From NCBI GenBank assembly GCA_964654545.1, contig CAZZIU010000010.1:14037-78036 (forward strand): 64,000 bases of DNA, read 5' to 3'. Source of the stretch: an uncultured bacterium. Lineage in GTDB: Bacteria > Fidelibacterota > Marinisomatia > Marinisomatales > JABMOV01. A model generated the notes under the pieces. It had not been told where the DNA came from. It made no database searches and was given only the letters and a program-made list of their open reading frames with translations. A program made the translations under genes and the position numbers. Position 1 is the stretch's first letter; every line of letters starts with the position of its first letter. This document shows positions 41,171-52,813 of the stretch, piece after piece.

Positions 41171-42145
41171 TTATAAACTAAGCTCTAGCGTATCGCGAAA
41201 CATACCGCTGGCACCAAAATTTTCCTTGAATCGCGCAAGCCCCATATTTGGATCTTCATTAACTGTAAATATCCCAAAATCAAAAACCAGGTAACCATTT
41301 TCAATTGCCCATTCAAAAATAGAATAAAATAATAGGTTCAACGCCCGCGATTCCTGATATGCTTCATCATGACTGATGTAAAAAGCCAGCACCACGTTAT
41401 CGGTAGCCATAAAATTTACTACCCCAGCAACCATTTTATTGTCGTAATAGGCGCCAAACAAATTAATTCTATCGGGAAACAGATCTTTTAATCGCAATAG
41501 TTCTTCAAGTGAGTGGGTTGGTTTTACACCGTGACGAATACTTAAATTTTTCTCCAGGATGTGATAAAACGTACTGTAATCGTCTGATTGACGAATGGTT
41601 ACCCCAAGTCGTTTTGCTTTTCTAACGGCCCGTCGGTGTGACGGCCTAAATTTCTCGAGATTTTGTTCGATAGACTTTTCTAAAAAGAGAATACTTGATA
41701 TTTCTCGCTTGGCATATTTAAAACCCTGCTTTACCAATGCAAAATCCATATAATTTGATAATCGTTTGTTGTATATCGTGGGAGGAAGCGTCAATTTGAT
41801 ACCACTAAAGCGTTGCTCATGGGCATAGTGTTTTAATGACGCGACCAGATCCAATGAATCGGCGAAGGATAAATGTTCGGGTACGATAAACGATCCGTAA
41901 GATGAACCAGGATGGGAGATGAGCCACGTTTGTCCTTCCACATTACGTTCCGCCGCTGGAAACAATGCCAAAACTTTACCTTTCTTACTGAAGGTGAGGC
42001 TGTGATCAGCAAATCGATTTGCGGGATGGTAAGATAAAAACCTGCGAGTATGAAACATGGTACCGTTATTCATGGACCATACAACGTCATCCCATTGCTG
42101 GAAGTCAACAGTAAATCGATTGCAATCTATTGTGGTTTTTGCCAT
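41171..42145 (-). CDS. GNAT/FemAB-like acyl(aminoacyl)transferase
   Basis: RRAVRKAKRLGV, FDFG, GLARFKENFGA. Confidence 0.8.
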   Translation of the reverse strand: MAKTTIDCNRFTVDFQQWDDVVWSMNNGTMFHTRRFLSYHPANRFADHSLTFSKKGKVLALFPAAERNVEGQTWLISHPGSSYGSFIVPEHLSFADSLDLVASLKHYAHEQRFSGIKLTLPPTIYNKRLSNYMDFALVKQGFKYAKREISSILFLEKSIEQNLEKFRPSHRRAVRKAKRLGVTIRQSDDYSTFYHILEKNLSIRHGVKPTHSLEELLRLKDLFPDRINLFGAYYDNKMVAGVVNFMATDNVVLAFYISHDEAYQESRALNLLFYSIFEWAIENGYLVFDFGIFTVNEDPNMGLARFKENFGASGMFRDTLELSL

Positions 42146-42262
42146 GATGATATTTCGGTGATGGTCAACATATGAAAGAAATTAGGGGAACAAAGTTCCC
42201 TGAGTAAAGAACAGAATCAGAACGTCAGTGGCCTCCTGTCATGGCTTTAAATTACAGAAACA

Positions 42263-43090
42263 CTAATGCAATAATTTGAGGTTGGATAAATAAGCGCAGT
42301 GATCCGAAGCCACAGAATCCTGTATCACTGATGTACTGATAATCCGCCAAGCCGATCCTGGGAAAACCATAATATAATCAATTTTCATTTGAGGGGTTTT
42401 TGAGGGAAAAGTGGGCTCAGGATGGGAACTGTCAAATGTGGGCTTCCAACGAGAAACCAGAATGTTAATCGGAGCGCTACCGGGCACGGCATTTAAATCA
42501 CCAGCCAATATTATAGGATACGTGGAAAGCGCAAACAAGTTATTTATGCGCTTTACCTGAGCTATTCTTTCTTTTTCATCCTTTTTATAATCCAAATGGG
42601 TACTGATAAAAGACACGGTATCCCCGTTGGAAAGAACCGTGGTGGCGTACAATGCAATACGTGGTTCATGGTTGGGCGCATGCGGAAGAGAAAGCACATT
42701 GCTAGCGAGAAGGGGGGTTTTGGATAAAATCCCATTCCCATACGCCCCATTGTCGTATGACATTGCCTTTCCAAACAGAGGGAGCATTTTCGTCCGCAAC
42801 CCTAATTCCTTTACCAGATCCATTCCGTGTGTACGATCTGTCAGAGAATCTACTTCCTGTAGCGCCACCAGGTCTGGATCGGCCTTGTTAATTACATCGG
42901 CAATTACATCCAGATTAAAATCACCGCGCATCGTTTCCCCATGATAAATATTATACGTCAGGACACGAATATTTGTGACAGATGTATCGGATACAGTTTG
43001 CGAAAAAACAATCGAAATAAAAAGGGGTAAAAGAAAGCATGCCCACAAACAGGATTGCAAAAAGGGATGGGGCTGTGCTTTTCTCAACAC
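42263..43090 (-). CDS. Endonuclease/exonuclease/phosphatase family protein
   Basis: VLTYNI, VALQEVD, THLD, AGDLNA, IDYI, SDH; signal peptide. Confidence 0.9.
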   Translation of the reverse strand: MLRKAQPHPFLQSCLWACFLLPLFISIVFSQTVSDTSVTNIRVLTYNIYHGETMRGDFNLDVIADVINKADPDLVALQEVDSLTDRTHGMDLVKELGLRTKMLPLFGKAMSYDNGAYGNGILSKTPLLASNVLSLPHAPNHEPRIALYATTVLSNGDTVSFISTHLDYKKDEKERIAQVKRINNLFALSTYPIILAGDLNAVPGSAPINILVSRWKPTFDSSHPEPTFPSKTPQMKIDYIMVFPGSAWRIISTSVIQDSVASDHCAYLSNLKLLH

Positions 43091-43125
43091 GGTTTTACAT
43101 ATTCAATTTCGTTGAAATATCGATT

Positions 43126-43704
43126 CTAGAGCTCCACATCAAGATTATATTTATGAAGTAACCCAGGCAAACCCATTATCGAAAATCGGGCATTGGTTAG
43201 ACGATTGTTTTCTGGATCAATTTGGAAGTTTTTAGCAGTCGTAAAGTCGGCATTTTCCAGGCTGGTATGATCAAATTGAACACGAGTTAAGTCACAAGTG
43301 TCAAAAAATAATCCTGATAAGTTTGCATTGGTAAAATCCGCATCGTGGAGCTCACAGCTCTTAAATTCGCAATCTGTCAAATCCAGACCCTCAAACACGG
43401 ACATATTTAATCGACAGTCATAAAAACGTAGCTTTATAATGAACGGGTGAATCTCTTTAAACGCCAAACCGAAGAGTTTGCAATTTTTAAACACGGCGTC
43501 CCTGAAAGCAGTGCCCGATATTTTAGCTGAACTCAAATCGCAATTACTAAATTGGCACCCTTCAAACGATGAATTTCTCAGATCCACATCAGTGAAAATG
43601 CAATGATTGAAAGTACAGTTATCGTATTCACCCTGGGCAAACAAATTCAGAGTATAATTATCGTTTTCAAATTCTTTATCAACGTGATATACTGATTCTG
43701 TCAT
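43126..43704 (-). CDS. Pentapeptide-repeat protein (Qnr/McbG/MfpA-like)
   Basis: Continuous [STAC][DNE][LF]xx repeats over ~170 aa. Confidence 0.85.
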   Translation of the reverse strand: MTESVYHVDKEFENDNYTLNLFAQGEYDNCTFNHCIFTDVDLRNSSFEGCQFSNCDLSSAKISGTAFRDAVFKNCKLFGLAFKEIHPFIIKLRFYDCRLNMSVFEGLDLTDCEFKSCELHDADFTNANLSGLFFDTCDLTRVQFDHTSLENADFTTAKNFQIDPENNRLTNARFSIMGLPGLLHKYNLDVEL

Positions 43705-43813
43705 AGTTGCTACCAGTGTTTATTGGGGAATTCGTGGGACACAATTTTTCTACTATTGAGCATTGTCCGTTATAATGTAAAAATATTTTGGCAGCAGGAA
43801 GCACATGAAACGA

Positions 43814-44611
43814 TTATGAATGATCTGCGAATCGCCAGAACGCCAGCGTACCCAAAAGTCCCAAAAGACTTGACAGGATTAAAATAATATAGCTGGCGAT
43901 TGTTAATTCCATTCCTTCCGTACCCGGAGGCATTCCAATAAGTCCTGGAATAGACCAAGGGAAATAGGGGCCGAGCCCTAATAAACCGGAAAAATTGGCC
44001 ATTATGAGCGTTAGAATTACAAAACCAAAAGGGACCAGATAGCCGCGACTATAGCAAGCAAAAAAAGCCACTGGTGTACATAGTGTAATATTTAATAAGG
44101 TCGTAATCGTAAAAATCACTACGTTTTGCGACAAAGCCTGCTTGGAAAATTCCGGCAGCTCCATTGAGAAACCAATAAGCAGACTAACAGCATAAAATAT
44201 AATCGATAGGAGAACAGACCACATTGCAACTACCACAAACTTTGCCATGACAATGTAATGTCTTGATATTGGCAAGACGATAATGTCCTTAAACGTGTTT
44301 TCGCTAAACTCACGGCCAAATATCCAACTTGTAACAAAACCAATTCCAACCGGACCAATTCCAGCAAGCCCCATCATCAGCAATTTAAAAAAGGAGGGCC
44401 AGCTTGCATCACCAAATTTCATCATTTCTGCTTTGTCGCCAATGATTCCCAATTTAGCAGAGATTTCCGGATGCATCTGCGCAAACATAATCAGGGACAT
44501 CATCCCGGGTACGACAATGAAAAAAATAACAGTACCCCAGAGAATTCTGGACTTCCATGCTTTTAAAATTTCTGCCCACAGCGCTACCAGGAAAATGTTG
44601 TATTTATTCAT
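43814..44611 (-). CDS. ABC-2 type permease (BcrB/lantibiotic-immunity-like)
   Basis: Six TM, FGREFSENTFK, YFPWS. Start moved to MNKYNIF, overlapping the ATPase stop. Confidence 0.82.
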   Translation of the reverse strand: MNKYNIFLVALWAEILKAWKSRILWGTVIFFIVVPGMMSLIMFAQMHPEISAKLGIIGDKAEMMKFGDASWPSFFKLLMMGLAGIGPVGIGFVTSWIFGREFSENTFKDIIVLPISRHYIVMAKFVVVAMWSVLLSIIFYAVSLLIGFSMELPEFSKQALSQNVVIFTITTLLNITLCTPVAFFACYSRGYLVPFGFVILTLIMANFSGLLGLGPYFPWSIPGLIGMPPGTEGMELTIASYIILILSSLLGLLGTLAFWRFADHS

Positions 44612-45521
44612 TATGCACCCCGATAGTACGGAGGAAATAGGATTCCAGATCTTCTTCCTCAACTTTTAATAATACAGGGGGACAATTTTCGTTTACCAAC
44701 ACCTGAGCGATAGAAGCCGGATTTGAAATTGCTTTATCATCGTAGACCTCCAGCTGCAATTCTCTGCTCTTTACAGGGTTATAACCGGACTGCACTAAAA
44801 TTTCATTTGCCCGATCATTGTCCGCTGTATCGATTAAAACCCGTTTTTTACATAGTGCTTTTAATTCTCCAGAATCAAATTCTTTCACAAGTCGGCCATG
44901 GTGGATAATTCCGATCCGCGTAGCAAAACGGGATACTTCACCCAATATGTGGCTTGAAATAAAAATTGTCACACCGTGGTTCTGTGCTAAATCCACCAGC
45001 ATTTCCCTAATTTCAAAAATCCCCGCTGGATCCAATCCGTTAGTGGGTTCATCCAGAATGAGAATATCAGGATTGTGCATTAAGGCTTTTGCTAGTCCCA
45101 GGCGTTGTTTGTTTCCATGCGATAAATTTTTCGCCTTTCGATTTACATATGGCTCAAGGCGCAATTTGGCTACAATGGTTTCGACTGTCCCACTTTTCGG
45201 GAGAAACCGAAGTCTGCGAAATAATTCCAAATTTTCCCGTATGGTTAAATCAGGATACGCGTATGGGATTTCGACGAGTGACCCAATTCGTTTTAATAAC
45301 GCAATGTCATTTGTAGTAATTTTTCCCCCACGGATAAATGCTGATCCGGACGAGGGTTTGATCATACCTAAAAGCATGCGAATTGTGGTAGTCTTACCAG
45401 CTCCGTTCAACCCAAGAAAACCATATATTTCTCCATCGCGAACATTAAGGGAAAGGTCGGATACGGCATGGACATCGCTAAATGTTTTAGAAATATTTTC
45501 AGTCCGAATCATATTTTCCAA
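44604..45521 (-). CDS. ABC transporter ATP-binding protein (BcrA-like)
   Basis: GLNGAGKTT, LSHGNKQRLGLA, ILDEPTNGLDP, ISSH. Confidence 0.93.
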   Translation of the reverse strand: MENMIRTENISKTFSDVHAVSDLSLNVRDGEIYGFLGLNGAGKTTTIRMLLGMIKPSSGSAFIRGGKITTNDIALLKRIGSLVEIPYAYPDLTIRENLELFRRLRFLPKSGTVETIVAKLRLEPYVNRKAKNLSHGNKQRLGLAKALMHNPDILILDEPTNGLDPAGIFEIREMLVDLAQNHGVTIFISSHILGEVSRFATRIGIIHHGRLVKEFDSGELKALCKKRVLIDTADNDRANEILVQSGYNPVKSRELQLEVYDDKAISNPASIAQVLVNENCPPVLLKVEEEDLESYFLRTIGVHNE

Positions 45522-45564
45522 TACAAGGCTCCGGGTATATATTTAAGGGGTTTCATCCTGTCAA

Positions 45565-45930
45565 TCAAGAAAAGGACTTCGGTAAATTGATAATTGTGCC
45601 GCCATTTTTCAACACTTCTTCTCGAACGATTATTTCAAGTTCCTTCAGTTCTCGCAGTATAGAATCTGGATGCTCATCATTTTTGTATTCCAATTCGGAT
45701 ACTATTTCAAAGGAAAAATTGTCTTCGCCTGATTCCATCCATGATTTTTGAAATTCCTTGTTCGGAAAACTTCCAAAATTGAGCTGAAATTTTTGACGAT
45801 TCCACAACGAGTTAATGTCCGTACTGCAACCAATAAAAACATGGTTGTTGGCAACATTACGGATTTGAAATACTCCTCGTACAGGTTTCATACGCAAATA
45901 TTCTTTTTTTAATTCTTTTTTAGTTTTCAT
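45565..45930 (-). CDS. Small GIY-YIG family protein (LuxR-associated-like subgroup)
   Basis: GVFQIRN...VFIG, NKEFQKSW..GEDNFSFEI. Confidence 0.75.
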   Translation of the reverse strand: MKTKKELKKEYLRMKPVRGVFQIRNVANNHVFIGCSTDINSLWNRQKFQLNFGSFPNKEFQKSWMESGEDNFSFEIVSELEYKNDEHPDSILRELKELEIIVREEVLKNGGTIINLPKSFS

Positions 45931-46195
45931 GGGTCACAGGTATTTGTGAAATTTTTCCGGACCACTTCATTTTCATATAAAGATCGCCTCGTTTTAGCTC
46001 ATCAAGCATTTGTGCCAAACGTTTCTGCTTGGTTTCTTCGCGCTTTGCTCTCGTTATCCAACCGATATAATCATTTTGTTGATATGGCGGTCGAGAATGG
46101 TAAGCTTTCATGAGATGGCCAGCCTCAAGTTTCTCTTTGACAAACGCAGGCATAGGATAAGTTGAGCGCTTCAGTGATCTAAATTTTTTCACCAT
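45920..46195 (-). CDS. YdeI/OmpD-associated (bacteriocin-protection) family protein
   Basis: YHSRPPYQQNDYIGWITRAKREETKQKRLAQMLDEL; start placed at MVKKF. Confidence 0.8.
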   Translation of the reverse strand: MVKKFRSLKRSTYPMPAFVKEKLEAGHLMKAYHSRPPYQQNDYIGWITRAKREETKQKRLAQMLDELKRGDLYMKMKWSGKISQIPVTHEN

Positions 46196-46310
46196 ATATT
46201 TTTCCGAAATAATGGATGGTGAAGTTAACTGCATTTTCTATAACGGGACGAATTGAATAAGACGGGTTTGTCTTACAAATGGAAACTTCCATTATATCTA
46301 TCTAATTTGA

Positions 46311-47955
<1,645 letters not shown>

Positions 47956-47959
<4 letters not shown>

Positions 47960-48531
47960 AAACCCAGCCGATAAAAGACTTCGTCTCCACCACCAAGCTT
48001 AGATTTACAAATTAATTCCACATTAGAAGGTTGTTTTTTAAAATCAAAATACAGTTCCGCCGTGATGGACTGTTTTGGAGCAATTATAGCCATATCCTGG
48101 TATTTCCCTTTAAAAGGATTTAGCTCTCCCTTATTTTCATTTTTGTCAGTGATTTTAGTCATCATCATCGCTGAGAAGTCAAAAGATTTTGAGCGTTGAT
48201 TTGTAATTTTTACTTTTACAGCCACCTGTTTATCCACAATCCGGGCAGAAAGAACATTGTATTTTATTTGATCGGCAAATTGATCCGTACCCACCGGTAA
48301 AGCAACTCTCGGATCCTCAAACGCCGATACCGGAATGTAGACATCGACGGTCGTTTTAATATACTGTTTGGATTTATCTAGCTTTGTTTTGGTTACGACA
48401 ATTCCTGCATCAAGATTTCCAATAGGTTTATCATTGGTGGGGTTAAGGTAAACGGGAGTGGACTCTATCAATTTGGTCGATTGTGAAAACAATAATCCGC
48501 ATGATAGCAGAATAAAGATTGCATAACGCAT
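47956..48531 (-). CDS. Secreted hypothetical protein; SH3-like N-half and DUF4352/Ig-like C-half (inferred)
   Basis: Signal peptide; beta-rich; VAVKVKITN...APKQSITAELYF; 5 nt downstream of motB. Confidence 0.5.
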
Positions 48532-48536
48532 ATGGA

Positions 48537-49259
48537 TTACCCTGTGAGTGTCTTGGTTTTGATAAAGGCGTCCAGATATATTTCAACCCGCCTGTTTTTC
48601 GCCCGAGCTTCCTGAAGGTCAATAGGGTTCATACCAACTTCGTTCATGGAGATTACAGGACGAAATTCACCGTATCCCATGGCGGAAAATTTTTCTTCAG
48701 GTATTTGCGAATATTCACTTAAAAGTTTAACAATATTCAGAGCTCTGGCTGTTGATAAATCCCAGTTGGATTCAAATCTTGCAGATGTGGGTAGAGCCAA
48801 ATCATCTGTATGCCCCTCACATCGAATCTCCACATTCAGATACCCACCCCGTTTTTTAATAGCGTCCAGCAAGTTGCGGTACCGCGGATCATCATCGACG
48901 TTTAGAACCTTTGACACACGGATAATGCTACCGATTTGGCGTAAGAGAGGGTGGACTATTTGACGGACATCCGCTTCCATGGAGCCGAATAATTCACCAC
49001 TTGCCATGGTAATCTTTACGCCCTTTGTGACGCGCTGCACTGACACGTAGGAAGATTCGATATCCTGTAGCTCTTCGTATGTTTCATCCAATAGCATATT
49101 GATGACACGGTCGATATGTTTTTCCGCGTCATTTAATATGACAAGTAAGAGAATAAAGAAGGTTAATAATAAAGTAACTAAATCAGCATAGGTGACAGCC
49201 CAAGCCGTGCTTTTGGCCTTCGCTTCCGAGACGGAAACGCCGTATTTTCTTCCAGCCAC
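48537..49259 (-). CDS. motB: Stator B subunit (MotB/PomB/MotS type) with OmpA-like peptidoglycan-binding domain
   Basis: GTG start; WAVTYADLVTLLLTFFILL, EGHTDD, SNWDLSTARA, GYGEFRP, NRRVEI. Confidence 0.88.
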   Translation of the reverse strand: MAGRKYGVSVSEAKAKSTAWAVTYADLVTLLLTFFILLLVILNDAEKHIDRVINMLLDETYEELQDIESSYVSVQRVTKGVKITMASGELFGSMEADVRQIVHPLLRQIGSIIRVSKVLNVDDDPRYRNLLDAIKKRGGYLNVEIRCEGHTDDLALPTSARFESNWDLSTARALNIVKLLSEYSQIPEEKFSAMGYGEFRPVISMNEVGMNPIDLQEARAKNRRVEIYLDAFIKTKTLTG

Positions 49260-49262
49260 GGA

Positions 49263-50081
49263 TTATTCTCTCTTGCGACGCATGCTGGCAGGAACGAAGG
49301 TCATTAATTTCTCGCGAATCAGAATCGGATGTTCTTTAGCATGAATGCTTATAATTCCTTCAACCATAATGGTTTTAAGCATTAATTCATCTTCAGATTT
49401 TCGCTTTAATTTTCCTCCAATAGGAAGAAAGACCAGGTTGGAAAACAATACGCCGTAGAAGGTGGTTACCAGTGCCAGACCCATACCGCCCAAAAGTTCG
49501 GCAAATTTTGCCGCCACGTCAAAGTCAATTGAATCGACAGAACCGCCATTTCCGCCGGAAAATTTATTCATCATGACGATCAAGCCCATCACAGTTCCCA
49601 GCATCCCAAATGCAGGTGCATAGGCGCCCATGTAAAAAAAGATTTCCTGGCCGATGTTATGCCGCCGTTCTATGTTGCTTAGTTCAAGATTGAGAAAAGT
49701 TCGCAGCCGGCCCGCATCCCGTTCATTTATTGCCAGTTCGATACCGCTGCGTAAAAATTTATTATCAATTTTTTCCAGATCCGCTTCCAGTGACATGATC
49801 CCCGATTTTCTGGCTTTTTCAGCCTTTTCAACAAGGGTGTCGATCTCTTTTGAATAACTGTGACTCTCGTAAATGAAAGCGTTTTTTAAAATACCAAAGA
49901 TACCAAGAACATTCCGCAGGGGGTAATTAACAATGGTTGCAGCCAATGTTCCACCAAATACTACCAGAATAGAGTTCAGGTTGAAAAACCAATAAAGATC
50001 ACCATGTCCTCGAATAACCCCAACCGCAATTATACCTAAACCTGCCAATAAACCTAGAGCGGTTCCAAAATCCATAACCAA
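49263..50081 (-). CDS. motA: Stator A subunit (MotA/PomA/MotP type)
   Basis: VFGGTLAAT, ARKSGIMSLE, YAPAFGMLGTVMGL, ALVTTFYG, EHPILIREKL. Confidence 0.88.
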   Translation of the reverse strand: MVMDFGTALGLLAGLGIIAVGVIRGHGDLYWFFNLNSILVVFGGTLAATIVNYPLRNVLGIFGILKNAFIYESHSYSKEIDTLVEKAEKARKSGIMSLEADLEKIDNKFLRSGIELAINERDAGRLRTFLNLELSNIERRHNIGQEIFFYMGAYAPAFGMLGTVMGLIVMMNKFSGGNGGSVDSIDFDVAAKFAELLGGMGLALVTTFYGVLFSNLVFLPIGGKLKRKSEDELMLKTIMVEGIISIHAKEHPILIREKLMTFVPASMRRKRE

Positions 50082-50156
50082 TCCCTCGCAATAATGTTAC
50101 CACGTAAATTAGGGTGATTAAAAACCGAACTTCAAGAACTCTTCATTGCGTTAAGT

Positions 50157-51425
50157 ATGGCAAAATTTACTACTTTGGATGATCGACTTACCTATCTCTA
50201 TGCTCTCGAAAGAAAAGGTATAAAGGTGGGTTTAAAGCATACTGAGGATTTGCTGGCTCGGTGCGGTAATCCACACCATGAATTTCCCAGTATTCATATT
50301 GCCGGCACCAACGGAAAAGGATCAACGGCGGCGGTAGTCCATGCGATTTTGGTAGAATCGGGCTACAAAGTAGGATTATATACGTCGCCCCATCTGGTTC
50401 AATTCAATGAGCGTGTTCGGATCAATGGTAAACCGATTTCAGATGAAGATATCGTTCAGTTTGTTGATCGATATAATCAGGATTTTGATGCGATAAATTC
50501 AACATTTTTTGAAACAACCACTGCACTCGCATTTTGGTATTTTGCGAAACAGAAAGTAGATGTCGCAGTGATTGAAACAGGCTTGGGCGGTCGTCTGGAT
50601 TCCACCAATGTACTTGTTCCTGAAATTACTGTAATTACGCCAATTGATTTAGACCATGGGCACATATTGGGCAATACAATACTGGAAATTGCTAAAGAAA
50701 AGGCAGGCATTATTAAACCTTCCATACCGCTGATACTCGCCCCACAACCCATCGCAGCAAAAGATGTAATTGAAAAGGTCGCGCATGAAAAAAATGCACG
50801 CTTGTACAATCCTGACCCACCTTACGATATTAAAATTTCTGCAATCGGCACCCAATTCAAATGGCATACCGATTTGTTTAATTTGCCTCTAATTGGTTTT
50901 CATCAGGCCACTAATACCGTTTTAGGAATGCAAACGGCAATGGTATTTGATAGTTCAATTTCCATTGACAAAATTCAGAGTGGACTAAGAAACATTCGTT
51001 GGCCAGGACGATTACAAATTGTTGGGGAAGACCCAATGTTTATGTACGATGTTGCACATAATGGACACGGGTTAAACAGTCTTCTGCAATCGCTAAAACA
51101 TTTTAGTAATAAAAGACCGGTTGGCATAATGGCGCTAAAAGAAGACAAGGAAATCTCTGGTATAGCATCTCTATTGAAGAATCAGTTTAGCACCCTGATG
51201 GTAACAACCGAACCCAACATGGGTTTAATGGAAACGAAAGAACTTAAACGCACATTGGAGAAACACAATGTTATTTGTGAGGAGTCAAAAAGCATCAGGG
51301 ATGCGGTGCGCAAAGCCAAAGATTTATTGGAAGAAAGCCAAATGGGATTAATTTTTGGCAGCCACTATATTGGAAAAGCAGTTTTTGAAGTATTTGATTT
51401 TTCCTTTGACACAGGAGCGATTTGA
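50157..51425 (+). CDS. folC: Folylpolyglutamate synthase/dihydrofolate synthase
   Basis: HIAGTNGKGST, YTSPHL, ETGLGGRLDSTNV, WPGRL, DVAHN. Confidence 0.96.
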   Translation: MAKFTTLDDRLTYLYALERKGIKVGLKHTEDLLARCGNPHHEFPSIHIAGTNGKGSTAAVVHAILVESGYKVGLYTSPHLVQFNERVRINGKPISDEDIVQFVDRYNQDFDAINSTFFETTTALAFWYFAKQKVDVAVIETGLGGRLDSTNVLVPEITVITPIDLDHGHILGNTILEIAKEKAGIIKPSIPLILAPQPIAAKDVIEKVAHEKNARLYNPDPPYDIKISAIGTQFKWHTDLFNLPLIGFHQATNTVLGMQTAMVFDSSISIDKIQSGLRNIRWPGRLQIVGEDPMFMYDVAHNGHGLNSLLQSLKHFSNKRPVGIMALKEDKEISGIASLLKNQFSTLMVTTEPNMGLMETKELKRTLEKHNVICEESKSIRDAVRKAKDLLEESQMGLIFGSHYIGKAVFEVFDFSFDTGAI

Positions 51426-51433
51426 TGTAATTT
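51406..51433 (+). promoter_or_regulatory. Possible sigma70 promoter for rho
   Basis: TTGACA, 16-nt spacer, TAATTT, ~90 nt upstream of rho. Confidence 0.35.
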
Positions 51434-51520
51434 AACTCTTCGGATATTTATTCTCATCGAAGGTTTTTTCGTTTAGTACGCAATCCCCCACAAGCATAAG
51501 TAAACCACAAGGTTTGTAAA

Positions 51521-52768
51521 ATGGATATTAATGAACTACAAGCCCAGAAAATCAAGGATTTAACTAAAGTTGCGCAGGAACTTGAAATCCAGGGTTTTTC
51601 AGGCCTTAACAAACAAGAACTAATTGTAAAAATTCTCCAGGCACATGCTGAGAAGCAAGGCTCCCTTTATGCCAGAGGCACATTGGAAGTATTAAATGAT
51701 GGCTATGGGTTTTTACGCAGCGCAGATTTTAATTATTTACCTGGACCGGACGATATTTATGTCAGTCCTTCTCAGATTAAGCGGTTTGGTCTGCGCACCG
51801 GGCATCGCGTCGCCGGTCAAATACGACCCCCAAAATCCAAAGAGCGATTTTACGCACTTTTAAAAGTTGATTTGGTGAATGAACGTCCTCCGGCGGATGT
51901 TAGACAAGCGATTTTATTTGAAAACCTAACCCCCGCTTTCCCGGAAGAAAAATTTAATCTGGAAGGCGATATGAAAAACATGTCCATGCGTATAATGGAT
52001 TTGTTTTCTCCTGTTGGAAAAGGCCAAAGAGCGCTTATTGTGGCTCAACCCAAAACGGGGAAAACGGTATTATTGCAGAAAATGGCAAATACCATTCGCC
52101 AGAATCATCCGGACACAAAAATGATGATTCTGTTGATTGATGAGCGTCCGGAAGAAGTAACGGACATGAAACGCAACGTAGACGCGGAAGTTGTCTCTTC
52201 AACATTTGATGAGGCCCCCGAACGCCATGTAGCCGTCGCCGACATGGTGCTACAAAGAGCAAAACGCATGGTGGAATATGGCGAAGATGTGGTGATTCTA
52301 TTGGATAGTATTACACGATTGGCACGCGCCCACAATGCCGTAATTCCTCATAGCGGTAAAATATTATCAGGTGGTGTTGATACCAATGCACTAAAGAAAC
52401 CAAAACAGTTTTTTGGAGCCGCTAGAAATATTGAGGAAGGTGGAAGCCTGACAATTATAGCCACTGCCCTTATTGACACCGGTAGTCGCATGGATGACGT
52501 AATTTTTGAAGAGTTTAAGGGCACCGGAAATCTCGAATTAGTTTTAGATCGTCGGCTAAGCGACAGAAGAATATATCCATCCTTCGATATAATACGGTCA
52601 GGAACACGGCGAGAAGAACTGTTGTTGTCCAAGAAAACGCTTGGAAGATTGTGGATCTTGCGGAAACTCCTCAACGAGATGAACGTAATTGAAGCAATGG
52701 AATTTTTACAAGAACGAATGAAGAGGACAAAATCTAACGAAGAATTTTTAGATAATATGAGTGGTTAA
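51521..52768 (+). CDS. rho: Transcription termination factor Rho
   Basis: [47 protein letters not shown]. Confidence 0.98.
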   Translation: MDINELQAQKIKDLTKVAQELEIQGFSGLNKQELIVKILQAHAEKQGSLYARGTLEVLNDGYGFLRSADFNYLPGPDDIYVSPSQIKRFGLRTGHRVAGQIRPPKSKERFYALLKVDLVNERPPADVRQAILFENLTPAFPEEKFNLEGDMKNMSMRIMDLFSPVGKGQRALIVAQPKTGKTVLLQKMANTIRQNHPDTKMMILLIDERPEEVTDMKRNVDAEVVSSTFDEAPERHVAVADMVLQRAKRMVEYGEDVVILLDSITRLARAHNAVIPHSGKILSGGVDTNALKKPKQFFGAARNIEEGGSLTIIATALIDTGSRMDDVIFEEFKGTGNLELVLDRRLSDRRIYPSFDIIRSGTRREELLLSKKTLGRLWILRKLLNEMNVIEAMEFLQERMKRTKSNEEFLDNMSG

Positions 52769-52813
52769 TACCACATCTTAGCAAGATAGTTAGCATATTA
52801 GTGAGGTATAGAA

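Noticed and set aside
42185-42202. GGGAAC-AAA-GTTCCC hairpin as a riboswitch or terminator
   Set aside because: Only a 6-bp stem with a weak U-tract and no recognisable aptamer.
45565-45930. Homing endonuclease or mobile element
   Set aside because: Only 121 aa, not in an intron, no flanking repeats; fits the small stand-alone GIY-YIG group.
48537-50081. Zorya ZorAB anti-phage system
   Set aside because: The A subunit is a normal 272-aa MotA without ZorA's long helical tail, and no ZorC/D/E-like genes are adjacent.
49263-50081. ExbB/TolQ of a TonB or Tol system
   Set aside because: The partner has the MotB W-x3-Y-A-D helix and an OmpA domain, not ExbD/TolR; no TonB or TolA is adjacent.
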